A stretch of 32,000 nucleotides of DNA from Promethearchaeota archaeon (GTDB lineage Archaea; Asgardarchaeota; Hermodarchaeia; Hermodarchaeales; Hermodarchaeaceae), in assembly GCA_048938295.1 (NCBI GenBank), contig JBHLMI010000004.1, forward strand, positions 91,082 through 123,081, read 5' to 3'. The translations under genes were made by a program, and so were the position numbers. The notes beneath the pieces are model-generated. The model did no database searches, was not told the origin of the DNA, and saw only the letters and a list, made by a program, of their open reading frames with translations. Positions 17,934 to 26,688 of the stretch are shown in pieces; position 1 is the stretch's first letter; every line of letters starts with the position of its first letter.

Positions 17934-18251
17934 TTAAAGAATTGCAGCAAGTTCCTTTTCAATCTCTTCCCGCGGCCACACACCAACATGCGTGGTGACC
18001 GGCTCCCCATTTTGAAATAAGATCAGCGTTGGAATTGCACGGATCTGATATTTCATCGATGTTTCTGGCGCCTGATCTGCATCAATCTTGGCAATCCGCA
18101 CCCGACCCTTATCCAACCCCTTCTCCAAACTCTCCAAAATTGGTGCCTGCATCTTACATGGGCCACACCAAACGGTGTAGATGTCTAGTATCACGATTTC
18201 GTGTTCGTTAAGAAATGCGTCGATGGTTGTGTCGGTTAATTGTTCAACCAT
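17934..18251 (-). CDS. trxA: Thioredoxin
   Basis: WCGPC active site, KIDAD, IRAIPTLILFQNG; 105 aa. Confidence 0.95.
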   Translation of the reverse strand: MVEQLTDTTIDAFLNEHEIVILDIYTVWCGPCKMQAPILESLEKGLDKGRVRIAKIDADQAPETSMKYQIRAIPTLILFQNGEPVTTHVGVWPREEIEKELAAIL

Positions 18252-18329
18252 GGTAGTTGTCTCCGTGATTCGCCATCAATCTTGTTACCGATTGAAAAGC
18301 CTTGTGCACTTTCCGTTATTGTTAATGCG

Positions 18330-18848
18330 CTATGCGTTTTCGAGGAGCGTAGTGATGTTGAGACCTTTTCCGATGTCTCCGAGGTAGCGGATGAAGCTAA
18401 TGAAGAGCTGATCAAGTCCAAGACCGCGGTTGGCTTGGGTAGGGAATACGGGGGCTCGGATCTTCATGAGGCTCTCGATTTGTTTGGGATGAATTGCCCC
18501 TGGTAGGTCTTGTTTGTTAGCAGCTACAGCGACAGGAGGATGATTTGGACCAAAGATTTCAAAGAGGTAGCGTTCGGCTTGGACGAGGGTGTGGGGGTTG
18601 GCGCTGTCGACGACGAGGATGACACCGTCGGTGCCGCTGGAGAGCGCTTTGCGAACGAGACCGAAGTGTTGGAGTCCTGGGCTGCCGAACAGGTGGGCCT
18701 TGAATTCTTGGTATTCAAGAGTGCCGAAGTCGAGGCAGACGGTGCAGCCGTTGACTTCGGTGGAGATGGCGTGGTTGGTGACCTGTTTGATGAGCGTAGT
18801 TTTGCCGACGCCTTGAGGTCCAATGACCAGAAGTTTCAGATGCCGCAT
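18330..18848 (-). CDS. Small GTPase, MglA/Arf-Rab-like archaeal family
   Basis: G1 GPQGVGKTT, switch I CTVCLDFG, G3 FGSPGL, G4 NKQD, G5 TQA. Second Met (18848) preferred over 18863. Confidence 0.9.
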   Translation of the reverse strand: MRHLKLLVIGPQGVGKTTLIKQVTNHAISTEVNGCTVCLDFGTLEYQEFKAHLFGSPGLQHFGLVRKALSSGTDGVILVVDSANPHTLVQAERYLFEIFGPNHPPVAVAANKQDLPGAIHPKQIESLMKIRAPVFPTQANRGLGLDQLFISFIRYLGDIGKGLNITTLLENA

Positions 18849-19211
18849 GGAGCCACTCCGCAATGATTAAGCCGTTGGTTGTGTGGTCTTAAGCCTTAAG
18901 GTTTGTGTTTTCCCGTGTTTTCTACGCCCTCCAGTGATATGTGATTGAAAGTGGAGCGCTGGAAATCCGCGCGGTTGCCGCAATGACTGGGGCTGTGGAG
19001 GGATGTTGAGGTTAAGAAGATTGGACTAATTCATGCGATGAGGAGGGGAGGGAAATATTGGGATAGGAGGGAGTTCCGGGTTCCTCAACATCCTATCTCT
19101 GCGATTTTCGGTATTTGAGGTTTTTGTCGGCTCTTTACTATTAAGCCTTACGGCTCATAGAACCCCACAGAATGGGAGTATTCAGCAAAATGATGGCAAG
19201 ATTGAGATGAA

Positions 19212-19541
19212 TTACTCTTCCACATATACAACTGTGACATATTCTATGATGGCAAATCGGTCCTTGCCCCGGGAGATGAGCTTCAAATCCGCCCGAAGTG
19301 CGTTGAGATGGAGGAATCGCTTAATATAAGTTCGGAGCTGAGTTTTGCTGGGATAGTTGGGAAAATCACTGCGAACATAGACTTCCGTATCAGACACCGT
19401 TACGGTGATATCCTTGGCAAGTTTTTCACTTAGGAAATTCACCATGGCTGTGCCAAGTTCCCCTCCGTGCGAAATCATCTCTTTGATTTCAATGGTAAGG
19501 AAAGTCTTGGCCGACTCCGGCTCTGCGGCAGTTTTTGACAT
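19212..19541 (-). CDS. rpl22e: Ribosomal protein eL22 (L22e) homologue
   Basis: SKTQLRTYIKRFLHLNALRADLKLISRGKDRFAIIEY aligns by eye with the eukaryotic eL22 [34 protein letters not shown] pattern; N-terminal strand/helix order and 109-aa length also fit. Confidence 0.8.
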   Translation of the reverse strand: MSKTAAEPESAKTFLTIEIKEMISHGGELGTAMVNFLSEKLAKDITVTVSDTEVYVRSDFPNYPSKTQLRTYIKRFLHLNALRADLKLISRGKDRFAIIEYVTVVYVEE

Positions 19542-19603
19542 CGAGAGGATCCCCCAAAAGATAGGATGATGCCCTAACCAAAAGCAAGCCCCTTAAAAAG
19601 TCT

Positions 19604-20908
19604 CCGTTCCCCGAATCTAACAAGAATTTAGGAAATTCTAAGTTCGGTTCCTGCTTCATCGACGGGCACTGCCCGAAGGCTGCAACCTCCCACCTCTAGA
19701 CAGGCGTTTTGCGTCTCCGTGGAACTCACGGCGACAGCTACTAGATTATAACTTGCATTCAAATCTCTATCGATTTCCAATCCACAGTATTCGCATTTGA
19801 AGATCCGAGTTGAAAGCGAAAGTTCGCTTTTTGTAGTTCCGCATTTAGAACATCTTTTTGTTGATGGAAAAAATCTAGAAACAATAAAGATATCCGAGCC
19901 ATACCATTCTGACTTGTATTCCAATTGTTGCCGAATTTTGTTAAAGCATGCTTCAGTTACTGATTTCGCTATTGAATGACATTCCTGCATTCTTCTGACA
20001 GAAAGATTTTCAATTGCTATCACTGACTTGGTTTTCGTCAAATACGTGGTAGCTTTATGAATAACATCTCCTCTGATATTAGCTATACGCGAATGCAACT
20101 CTTGTAACTGCAATACTATTTTTCTTCTATTACTACTCCCTTTCCGTTTTCTTTCTAATGACCGTTGGGTACGTTTCAACTTACGTTCATATCTTGAAAG
20201 TACTTTTGGATTCTGAATAATTGTTCCGTCAGATACCGTAGCAAGGTTTCTAACACCAAGATCCACACCTACAATGCTACCTTTATTCTTCGACACTTTG
20301 ATTTCCTCTTTAACCTGGAGCGATACAAACCAACGTCCGGCTTTTTCTGACACAGTTGCAGAAAGAACATGGACTCTATCATCCATATGAGGTAAGTAAT
20401 CTCGTTCCTTCAATCTAAGTAGTCCTAAGCGAGGTAATTGAATTGAACTGTGAAAAACACGGATGACTCCAGTTAATCTAAATGAGCCCCTCCCTCTTTT
20501 TCTTGATTTGAATTTTGGGAAACCAGGGTTTTCTTTTTTCTTAATTCGGCGAAAAAAATGACGAAAAGCATAATCGAGATTTCTTAAGGCTTCCTGAGGA
20601 GCACACTTTGAAACTTCATACATCCAAGGAAATTCAGTCTTTTTAAGTTGGTTTAACTCGCGATGCAAGTCCATTGCACTTGGCATTTTCCCAATTCGTT
20701 CGTATTCCTCTATCTTCCGTTGAAGGCCCCAATTGAAAGCAAAGCGGGCACAACCTACGTGTTTAATGCAAAGACACTTTTGGATGTTGTTTAATTCTAG
20801 TTCAGTTTTGTAGGCTCGAAAAATTGTCTTTCTTCCAGATTTGCCTAATTCAGATCCAGCCATACATTACAAAACTATAAGAAATTAGTATTTAGACTAA
20901 GAGGCACC
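19604..20908 (-). mobile_element. Non-autonomous IS607-like solo-tnpB element; ends tentative
   Basis: Minus-strand 3' end ...TTCGGGGAACGG at 19604, an IS607-like terminus as recalled. Imperfect repeats CTAATTTCTTATAG (left) and CTAAATTCTTGTTAG (right). AT-rich; no room for tnpA. Confidence 0.55.
19628..20863 (-). CDS. tnpB: TnpB RNA-guided endonuclease, canonical D-E-D RuvC
   Basis: N-terminal RAYKTEL...GCARFAFNWGL; VGVDLG; IAIENL; CSKC...CEYC; DRDLNASYNL. Confidence 0.94.
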   Translation of the reverse strand: MAGSELGKSGRKTIFRAYKTELELNNIQKCLCIKHVGCARFAFNWGLQRKIEEYERIGKMPSAMDLHRELNQLKKTEFPWMYEVSKCAPQEALRNLDYAFRHFFRRIKKKENPGFPKFKSRKRGRGSFRLTGVIRVFHSSIQLPRLGLLRLKERDYLPHMDDRVHVLSATVSEKAGRWFVSLQVKEEIKVSKNKGSIVGVDLGVRNLATVSDGTIIQNPKVLSRYERKLKRTQRSLERKRKGSSNRRKIVLQLQELHSRIANIRGDVIHKATTYLTKTKSVIAIENLSVRRMQECHSIAKSVTEACFNKIRQQLEYKSEWYGSDIFIVSRFFPSTKRCSKCGTTKSELSLSTRIFKCEYCGLEIDRDLNASYNLVAVAVSSTETQNACLEVGGCSLRAVPVDEAGTELRIS

Positions 20909-20950
20909 TCTGGATAAGTGATTCAGACGAAGAATTTAACGATTATTAGA

Positions 20951-21517
20951 CTAAATTAGATTCTCCTCTTCGTCACGCACTGGATTTTCAGAGTCGACGG
21001 AACTAGCCTTAATGGGGAGTGGTGGAGGATTGTCTTCGCGGAGGGCATGGCGGTGCGCTCGCCAGCGGATGATTCGGGGGGCTATAGCGCCGAAGCCTAG
21101 GGTGTAACCACTGTAAAGGACGACAACGAGGAGGTAATAAATGACGTTGAAGGAAGAGAGCACAAATCCGACGGCATAGCCCAACAGAAAGCCGGTAAGA
21201 GCACGTATAGGATTTCGGCCCTCACGCATCTGCAGCGTCTGGGTGGACCAATCAACGACTGCAGGTAAGCTGAGAAGAAAGGCGCCAAAGAAGGTTAAGG
21301 GATTAAGTGGAATGTAAATGACGACAATGTGGATGTAAAGGGCTAAAATGATTCCAACGAGGAGGGCAGAGCATCGCGCGCAAATGTGGAGGGTGTGACC
21401 GCGAAAGGTGATAGACCAAGTCCGATGCATGTAAGGTGGATCGTGGTGGCTAATGAGCAGGTGAAGGGTATCCAGTAGTCGTCGTTTCCGTGATTTGCGG
21501 GGTGGTTGGTCAGTCAC
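20951..21517 (-). CDS. DUF2085-like membrane protein
   Basis: HH.P...RTW, HICARC, PAVVDW.TQ, N.IRALTGFLLG. GTG 21517 after GGTG preferred over 21604. Confidence 0.75.
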   Translation of the reverse strand: MTDQPPRKSRKRRLLDTLHLLISHHDPPYMHRTWSITFRGHTLHICARCSALLVGIILALYIHIVVIYIPLNPLTFFGAFLLSLPAVVDWSTQTLQMREGRNPIRALTGFLLGYAVGFVLSSFNVIYYLLVVVLYSGYTLGFGAIAPRIIRWRAHRHALREDNPPPLPIKASSVDSENPVRDEEENLI

Positions 21518-21615
21518 GTTGACACCAGCTATTTTTAGCTGTACACGGTAATTAGGGATTAAAAAACCATTACTCAACCTAGAGTTCTTGTATGAGAATA
21601 ACATGTATGGTGTAG

Positions 21616-22011
21616 GTGAATCCTCTGTCCGCTTCAGATCTTCTCATCGCCGCGATTGGAGTCATTTTGAGAGATAAGAGACTATGGATTCACGAATCAG
21701 CTCAGTCAAGTCTTGAGCTTCCCGGATATATCGTCGCAAAGAGCCAAGAGGCTGTGATCCACCTGAACAGATTCCTATCTGAGCTAGGCTTACAAGACCT
21801 GCCACAAGAATCTCTTTACCTCACGGCGGTGAACATTGACCAGAAACCGAGCCGAAAAGCAACCGCTTTAGTAAGGATAATCCGGTTTGTCAAAAAACCT
21901 GAATTTGAGCTGCCCAACCATCGTTGGGCAACTCTAGGGGAACTGTTAGAAAATGAACAGGCATCCTCCTTAACGAAAGCGGTCGCCAGTCGGCTAATTG
22001 TAGCCCATTAA
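21616..22011 (+). CDS. Nudix-fold-like protein with degenerate Nudix box
   Basis: AAIGVILRDKRLWI...LELPG....ELGL order and C-terminal HRWATLGEL resemble Nudix; the REUXEE motif is missing. Confidence 0.5.
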   Translation: MNPLSASDLLIAAIGVILRDKRLWIHESAQSSLELPGYIVAKSQEAVIHLNRFLSELGLQDLPQESLYLTAVNIDQKPSRKATALVRIIRFVKKPEFELPNHRWATLGELLENEQASSLTKAVASRLIVAH

Positions 22012-22499
22012 GCGTCAATGAGTATCCGAAGGAGTTCTACACTGAAGTACCCCTTAGCGCGGAGCTCCTCTAAAGGAGTGTGGAGTTTGATTGTCACGTA
22101 AGAGGCTTCACCGGTCGCACCCACCATCTTCTTGTAAGTTTTCTTGAACTCCGCCAGTGAAGAAGTCATTGCTAAATCCCCAGCAGCTGCCTCTGACATC
22201 CGGATGAAGACATCAGTGTTAACACTTCGTTCCAGTGATAAACTCATGGGGGCTACGCCCTCCTTCTTCATTAGAAGTGGTTCGCCACCGACAATCAGCT
22301 GTAATGTGGTGTCCTTGATTGCTTTTGTTTTGGCACTGATTTCGGGATCCGCTAAGAGATCATCGAGTCGTTGAATGTAGGCGTCTACGGGATTGACCAT
22401 TGAGACTAGCGAACTTTCTGGCAGACCTGAGCTTTCAGTTTCGGAGTCCTTTGAAACTTGCTCGGGGGCATCCGTTTTCTTTCGTTTAAACCATCGCAT
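22008..22499 (-). CDS. Hypothetical protein, possibly SCP2-like
   Basis: 163-aa ORF; the LQLIVGGEP...TDVFIRMSE pattern is weakly SCP2-like. Confidence 0.55.
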   Translation of the reverse strand: MRWFKRKKTDAPEQVSKDSETESSGLPESSLVSMVNPVDAYIQRLDDLLADPEISAKTKAIKDTTLQLIVGGEPLLMKKEGVAPMSLSLERSVNTDVFIRMSEAAAGDLAMTSSLAEFKKTYKKMVGATGEASYVTIKLHTPLEELRAKGYFSVELLRILIDA

Positions 22500-22680
22500 C
22501 TTCTTTCATTCCAAGGCTATTCTCAAAACACGGTTGGATATATTGAGAAAACGATGGGAGCCATAAAAGCATGCCGGGATGAAAGTACTAGGTACGATTA
22601 AGGGAGAGGAAAACGCAGAAGCTTAACGGTGAGAGCGGACTTTATAACCATCGCCACGTAATACCCCTCAGTGACTCTCC

Positions 22681-22977
22681 ATGACGAAAGTAACTGAAAT
22701 CGTTCACTTCTTCGAACAAAAAGTCTCATCCGTTCTCAGTGTAGATGGGTTCCCACCTGAATTGAAGAAGGATAGATTCGTGAAAGAAGGTGGCTTCTGG
22801 CTTCGTGTGGCTGATGGCGAAGGTAATGCTCAGACTATCAAGCTAAGCGATACCGAAATGACTAATCTTCTACAAGACATTAAACTCGCTCTAAAGAAGC
22901 ACCGTGAACTAAAATTGAAACTATTTGCAGATATTGATCAGAGGGAACGCTCTGCATCTGGTAAAGATCGCGACTAG
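22681..22977 (+). CDS. Hypothetical small protein
   Basis: 98-aa ORF with a TTTATAA box upstream (about 22641-22647); fills the gap between two minus-strand genes. Confidence 0.65.
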   Translation: MTKVTEIVHFFEQKVSSVLSVDGFPPELKKDRFVKEGGFWLRVADGEGNAQTIKLSDTEMTNLLQDIKLALKKHRELKLKLFADIDQRERSASGKDRD

Positions 22978-22983
22978 TCCGAT

Positions 22984-23760
<777 letters not shown>

Positions 23761-23823
23761 TCACCCATAGATTTTTAGTAAAAATCATAGCGAGGGGAAA
23801 GAAACTCACAAGGATGTGATGCA

Positions 23824-24219
23824 ATGTCAACAAATGAACAAATGCTAGAAGAATTACGGCAAATTCGTGAAGCTTTGGTTCCCAAACCGCCGCCACCACC
23901 AGAAAAGCAAGGGCTTTGGCAGGAATTCAAAGATTTCCTCGACCAATACAAGGTCATGGGACTTGCTGTAGCATTCATCATGGGCCTTTACCTTGGCAGA
24001 CTCGTGCAAGCTCTTGTGACTGCCTGGATAACACCTATCATCAACCAAATCCTACTAGTTTTGGGATTATTGAGTTTGGCCACCGTCGAGCTGAATCCAA
24101 GTGCTTATCCACTCACCTTCAATCCAACACTGTTCATCAGTGAATTCATAACCTTCCTAATTGTCGCCGTTGTCATCTTCATTCTAGTTAAATTTACTAA
24201 GCGCATAGGAATCAAGTAA
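23824..24219 (+). CDS. mscL: Large-conductance mechanosensitive channel MscL, apparently permuted
   Basis: S1 helix LWQEFKDF, TM1 VMGLAVAFIMG, LV....ITPII, TM2 FISEFITFLIVAVVIFILVK. Confidence 0.85.
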   Translation: MSTNEQMLEELRQIREALVPKPPPPPEKQGLWQEFKDFLDQYKVMGLAVAFIMGLYLGRLVQALVTAWITPIINQILLVLGLLSLATVELNPSAYPLTFNPTLFISEFITFLIVAVVIFILVKFTKRIGIK

Positions 24220-24584
24220 CTCAGAACCATTTGAGCTACTCCTCATTACTAAGGAGTGAGAGCTACCAGGTTGTAAATAACTCTGAATTCTATATTCGGC
24301 TAACAGAGCCTCAGCAGTTCATAGAACCAGGTGTATTAAGGCTTGATTCATTTATTTTAATGCCAAAAAAGCCACTATATCCTTGTTTTCGGATTCATAG
24401 ACATATTACGTCTTCATTTAATGTATGATTTCTCATTATCCCTCATTTCTTCCTTACAACCGAATATTCGAGGATATATAAGAAACGTAGCGAAGTTTAC
24501 CATTCAAATTTCGCTAGATTCGTTTTTATCTAATCATTAGGGTTGCTAAAACGAAATTTGCTCATAAAAATAGGAGCATTCAGC

Positions 24585-25388
24585 ATGATTGATCGCCGAG
24601 TGGCAGATTTTTTCCAATATTGGCGTCAGCAATATCAATGGCCATTAAGACGAACAAGAGTCAATACCGAAAAGAAGATTCAAGAGTTCAAAGAAAACGC
24701 CCAGTTAGCAGTAGCATCAGGGAAGGACGAGAGATTAGCCAATACATTGATTCAGATTCACCGTTGGAAGACTCGCAATCAAGCTGGCATAACCGATGAT
24801 TATGCCCGCCAGTTGGACAAAGCACCGAAACGCCTTAGAGAACTCCAGAAAGAACTACCCCTCACACTCAAAACACCAAATGAGATACTAAAAAAAGCTC
24901 TTGACTTATTGCGATTCTCCGATTGCAATCTACCAGTGTGTACAGCACAACTAAGCTTCCTCTCAGATCGGGTATTCCCAATCCTAGACCGCTTCTTAGC
25001 TCAATTCTTTAGCCGAAAAGTTCATCCCATGATTCTCAAATGGGCTGATTTTGACATTCAAAACGTTTTCGAAACTCTTGGCATAATCGACTTTGCACTC
25101 GAAGATGACGGACGAGGAAAAGGAGTACCCAGAATGGCAGTGTATACCGAAAAATTCTATCGCTATAATCGGAACCTGTTTGTAGACGAACTTATCCCAC
25201 GGCTCCAAAATTTAGCAAGACAACTGAGTGAAGCAGATATAACGTATGAAGGCATCGATCGGAACTTACACTATTTCACAAGTGTTGACCTACAAATGGC
25301 GATTTTTATCTTCGGCAAAAAGAATCCGCGACTATTCAGGCAGTTTTACAAAGTTCCTCCAATCCCAAGTCTGCCACCGCATCTTTAG
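24585..25388 (+). CDS. Hypothetical protein, possibly HhH-fold DNA glycosylase-like
   Basis: ATG 24585 after AGGAG. I.RWK, LPVCTAQLSFL...FPILDR and VDLQMAIF resemble HhH-GPD-like motifs. Confidence 0.55.
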   Translation: MIDRRVADFFQYWRQQYQWPLRRTRVNTEKKIQEFKENAQLAVASGKDERLANTLIQIHRWKTRNQAGITDDYARQLDKAPKRLRELQKELPLTLKTPNEILKKALDLLRFSDCNLPVCTAQLSFLSDRVFPILDRFLAQFFSRKVHPMILKWADFDIQNVFETLGIIDFALEDDGRGKGVPRMAVYTEKFYRYNRNLFVDELIPRLQNLARQLSEADITYEGIDRNLHYFTSVDLQMAIFIFGKKNPRLFRQFYKVPPIPSLPPHL

Positions 25389-25446
25389 CAAATTAAACAA
25401 CTCAAATGCTAAAAAGGTACATATTATCGATGGTGGAAGCAAAAAG

Positions 25447-26034
25447 ATGGAACGAATTGAAAGATATCGGCAACTAGCGAAATTCTCGCACTCAGGAGCA
25501 GTGAATCGACGCTATTTTGCTACCAATGCTTTTGATGGCACCTTAACAATTGTAGGTTTAATACTTGGAAGCTATTTTGCGGTCATACTCAATCCAATTG
25601 CTGTAGTGAGAGCAGGAATCGGTGCTTGTATAGCCATGATGTTTTCAGGGTTTGCTGGAACCCTTTTTGCAGAGCGACTTGTTCAACGTGAACAGATACA
25701 GGAACTAGAAAAAGCTATGCTTCGTAAACTCGATGAATCGCTTCCCAGTAAAGCATCCACCTTTGTGATTATCTCTTCCGCATTAGTAGATGGAATTGCT
25801 CCACTTCTTACAGGGCTATTCTGTCTTATTCCAATATTTGCTGCGGCCTTGGGATTAATAGTATGGAATCTAGCGGTATTCGTATCTTGTATTATTGGAT
25901 TAACTATACTTTTCACTTTAGGGTTCTATATCGGAAAAGTTGCCCGAATGAATCCACTTGTTCAAGGTGTTCAAACACTTTTCATCGGGATTGGAACAGT
26001 AATTGCCATTATTCTAATACAACTCGCATTATAG
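25447..26034 (+). CDS. VIT1/CCC1-like membrane protein, second paralogue
   Basis: RRYFATNAFDGTLTI, GTLFAERL, IQELEKAML. ATG 25447 preferred; the longer ORF overlaps the upstream gene. Confidence 0.8.
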   Translation: MERIERYRQLAKFSHSGAVNRRYFATNAFDGTLTIVGLILGSYFAVILNPIAVVRAGIGACIAMMFSGFAGTLFAERLVQREQIQELEKAMLRKLDESLPSKASTFVIISSALVDGIAPLLTGLFCLIPIFAAALGLIVWNLAVFVSCIIGLTILFTLGFYIGKVARMNPLVQGVQTLFIGIGTVIAIILIQLAL

Positions 26035-26106
26035 CTTAAATGACAAACAAAGAGAAATAATGTGTCCATTAAATCACATATCGATTAAAAAAAAGGAGGT
26101 TCAACA

Positions 26107-26604
26107 TTGAAAGTCGGTGAAATCTTAGAAAAAAGCAAAAACCGTCTGTCAAGCTATGGAATTAGTTATCGACACCCTTTTGACGCCTACTACGATTTAT
26201 TTCTGTCAAATGATGATATAAAACCGGTTCAGATCAAATCTGTGTTGGTTCTAACAGATAAGCGTCCTCGGTCATTAGTAGCCATCGCTTATGCCCTTCG
26301 GTTAACAAGAGCCCTCAATGCCAACCTTTTAGCGATAACAAGAGGTGTACATCAAGAACTGATTAAAGGTGAAGCTGAATTCTATGACATCAATTTATCT
26401 CTCCTACATATTTCGAAACAACAACCATCATTGGACTTCATTCTAAGAACAATCCATCAGCATGACGTCGGAATGGTCATATTTCACAATCTGTATGCCC
26501 TTTCTGATGAACTCCAAGAAAATTCACCCGTTCCAGTGTTAGTTGTGAAAATCGACCAATTCTTCAAGATTACAAAGGACAAAGTAGGAGGATACATATC
26601 ATAG
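26107..26604 (+). CDS. Universal stress protein (USP)-like
   Basis: TTG start after AGGAGGT. VLVLTD...SLVAIAYALRL....A.L, DVGMVI, SPVPVLVVK. Confidence 0.7.
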   Translation: MKVGEILEKSKNRLSSYGISYRHPFDAYYDLFLSNDDIKPVQIKSVLVLTDKRPRSLVAIAYALRLTRALNANLLAITRGVHQELIKGEAEFYDINLSLLHISKQQPSLDFILRTIHQHDVGMVIFHNLYALSDELQENSPVPVLVVKIDQFFKITKDKVGGYIS

Positions 26605-26688
26605 CCAAGGTCCGGTGACTAGATTGGCTACGAGGTTTTGGAGCGTAATGAAGCAGTCGAAGTCTTTACAATTAGACTGATTTGAGTT

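Noticed and set aside
18510-18866. Several ORFs overlapping the GTPase gene
   Set aside because: Opposite-strand or alternative-frame shadows in a GC-rich gene; no motifs.
18941-18951. GTGATTGAAAG, resembling the 3' end of an archaeal CRISPR repeat
   Set aside because: Single copy, no repeat-spacer periodicity, and no cas genes in the window.
24231-24428. 65-aa ORF after mscL
   Set aside because: No RBS or motif; the region contains a hairpin (ACTCCT/AGGAGT) more consistent with a terminator or UTR.
25246-25446. Long N-terminal extension of the second VIT1 ORF
   Set aside because: Overlaps the upstream gene by about 140 bp; ATG 25447 matches the paralogue's start region.
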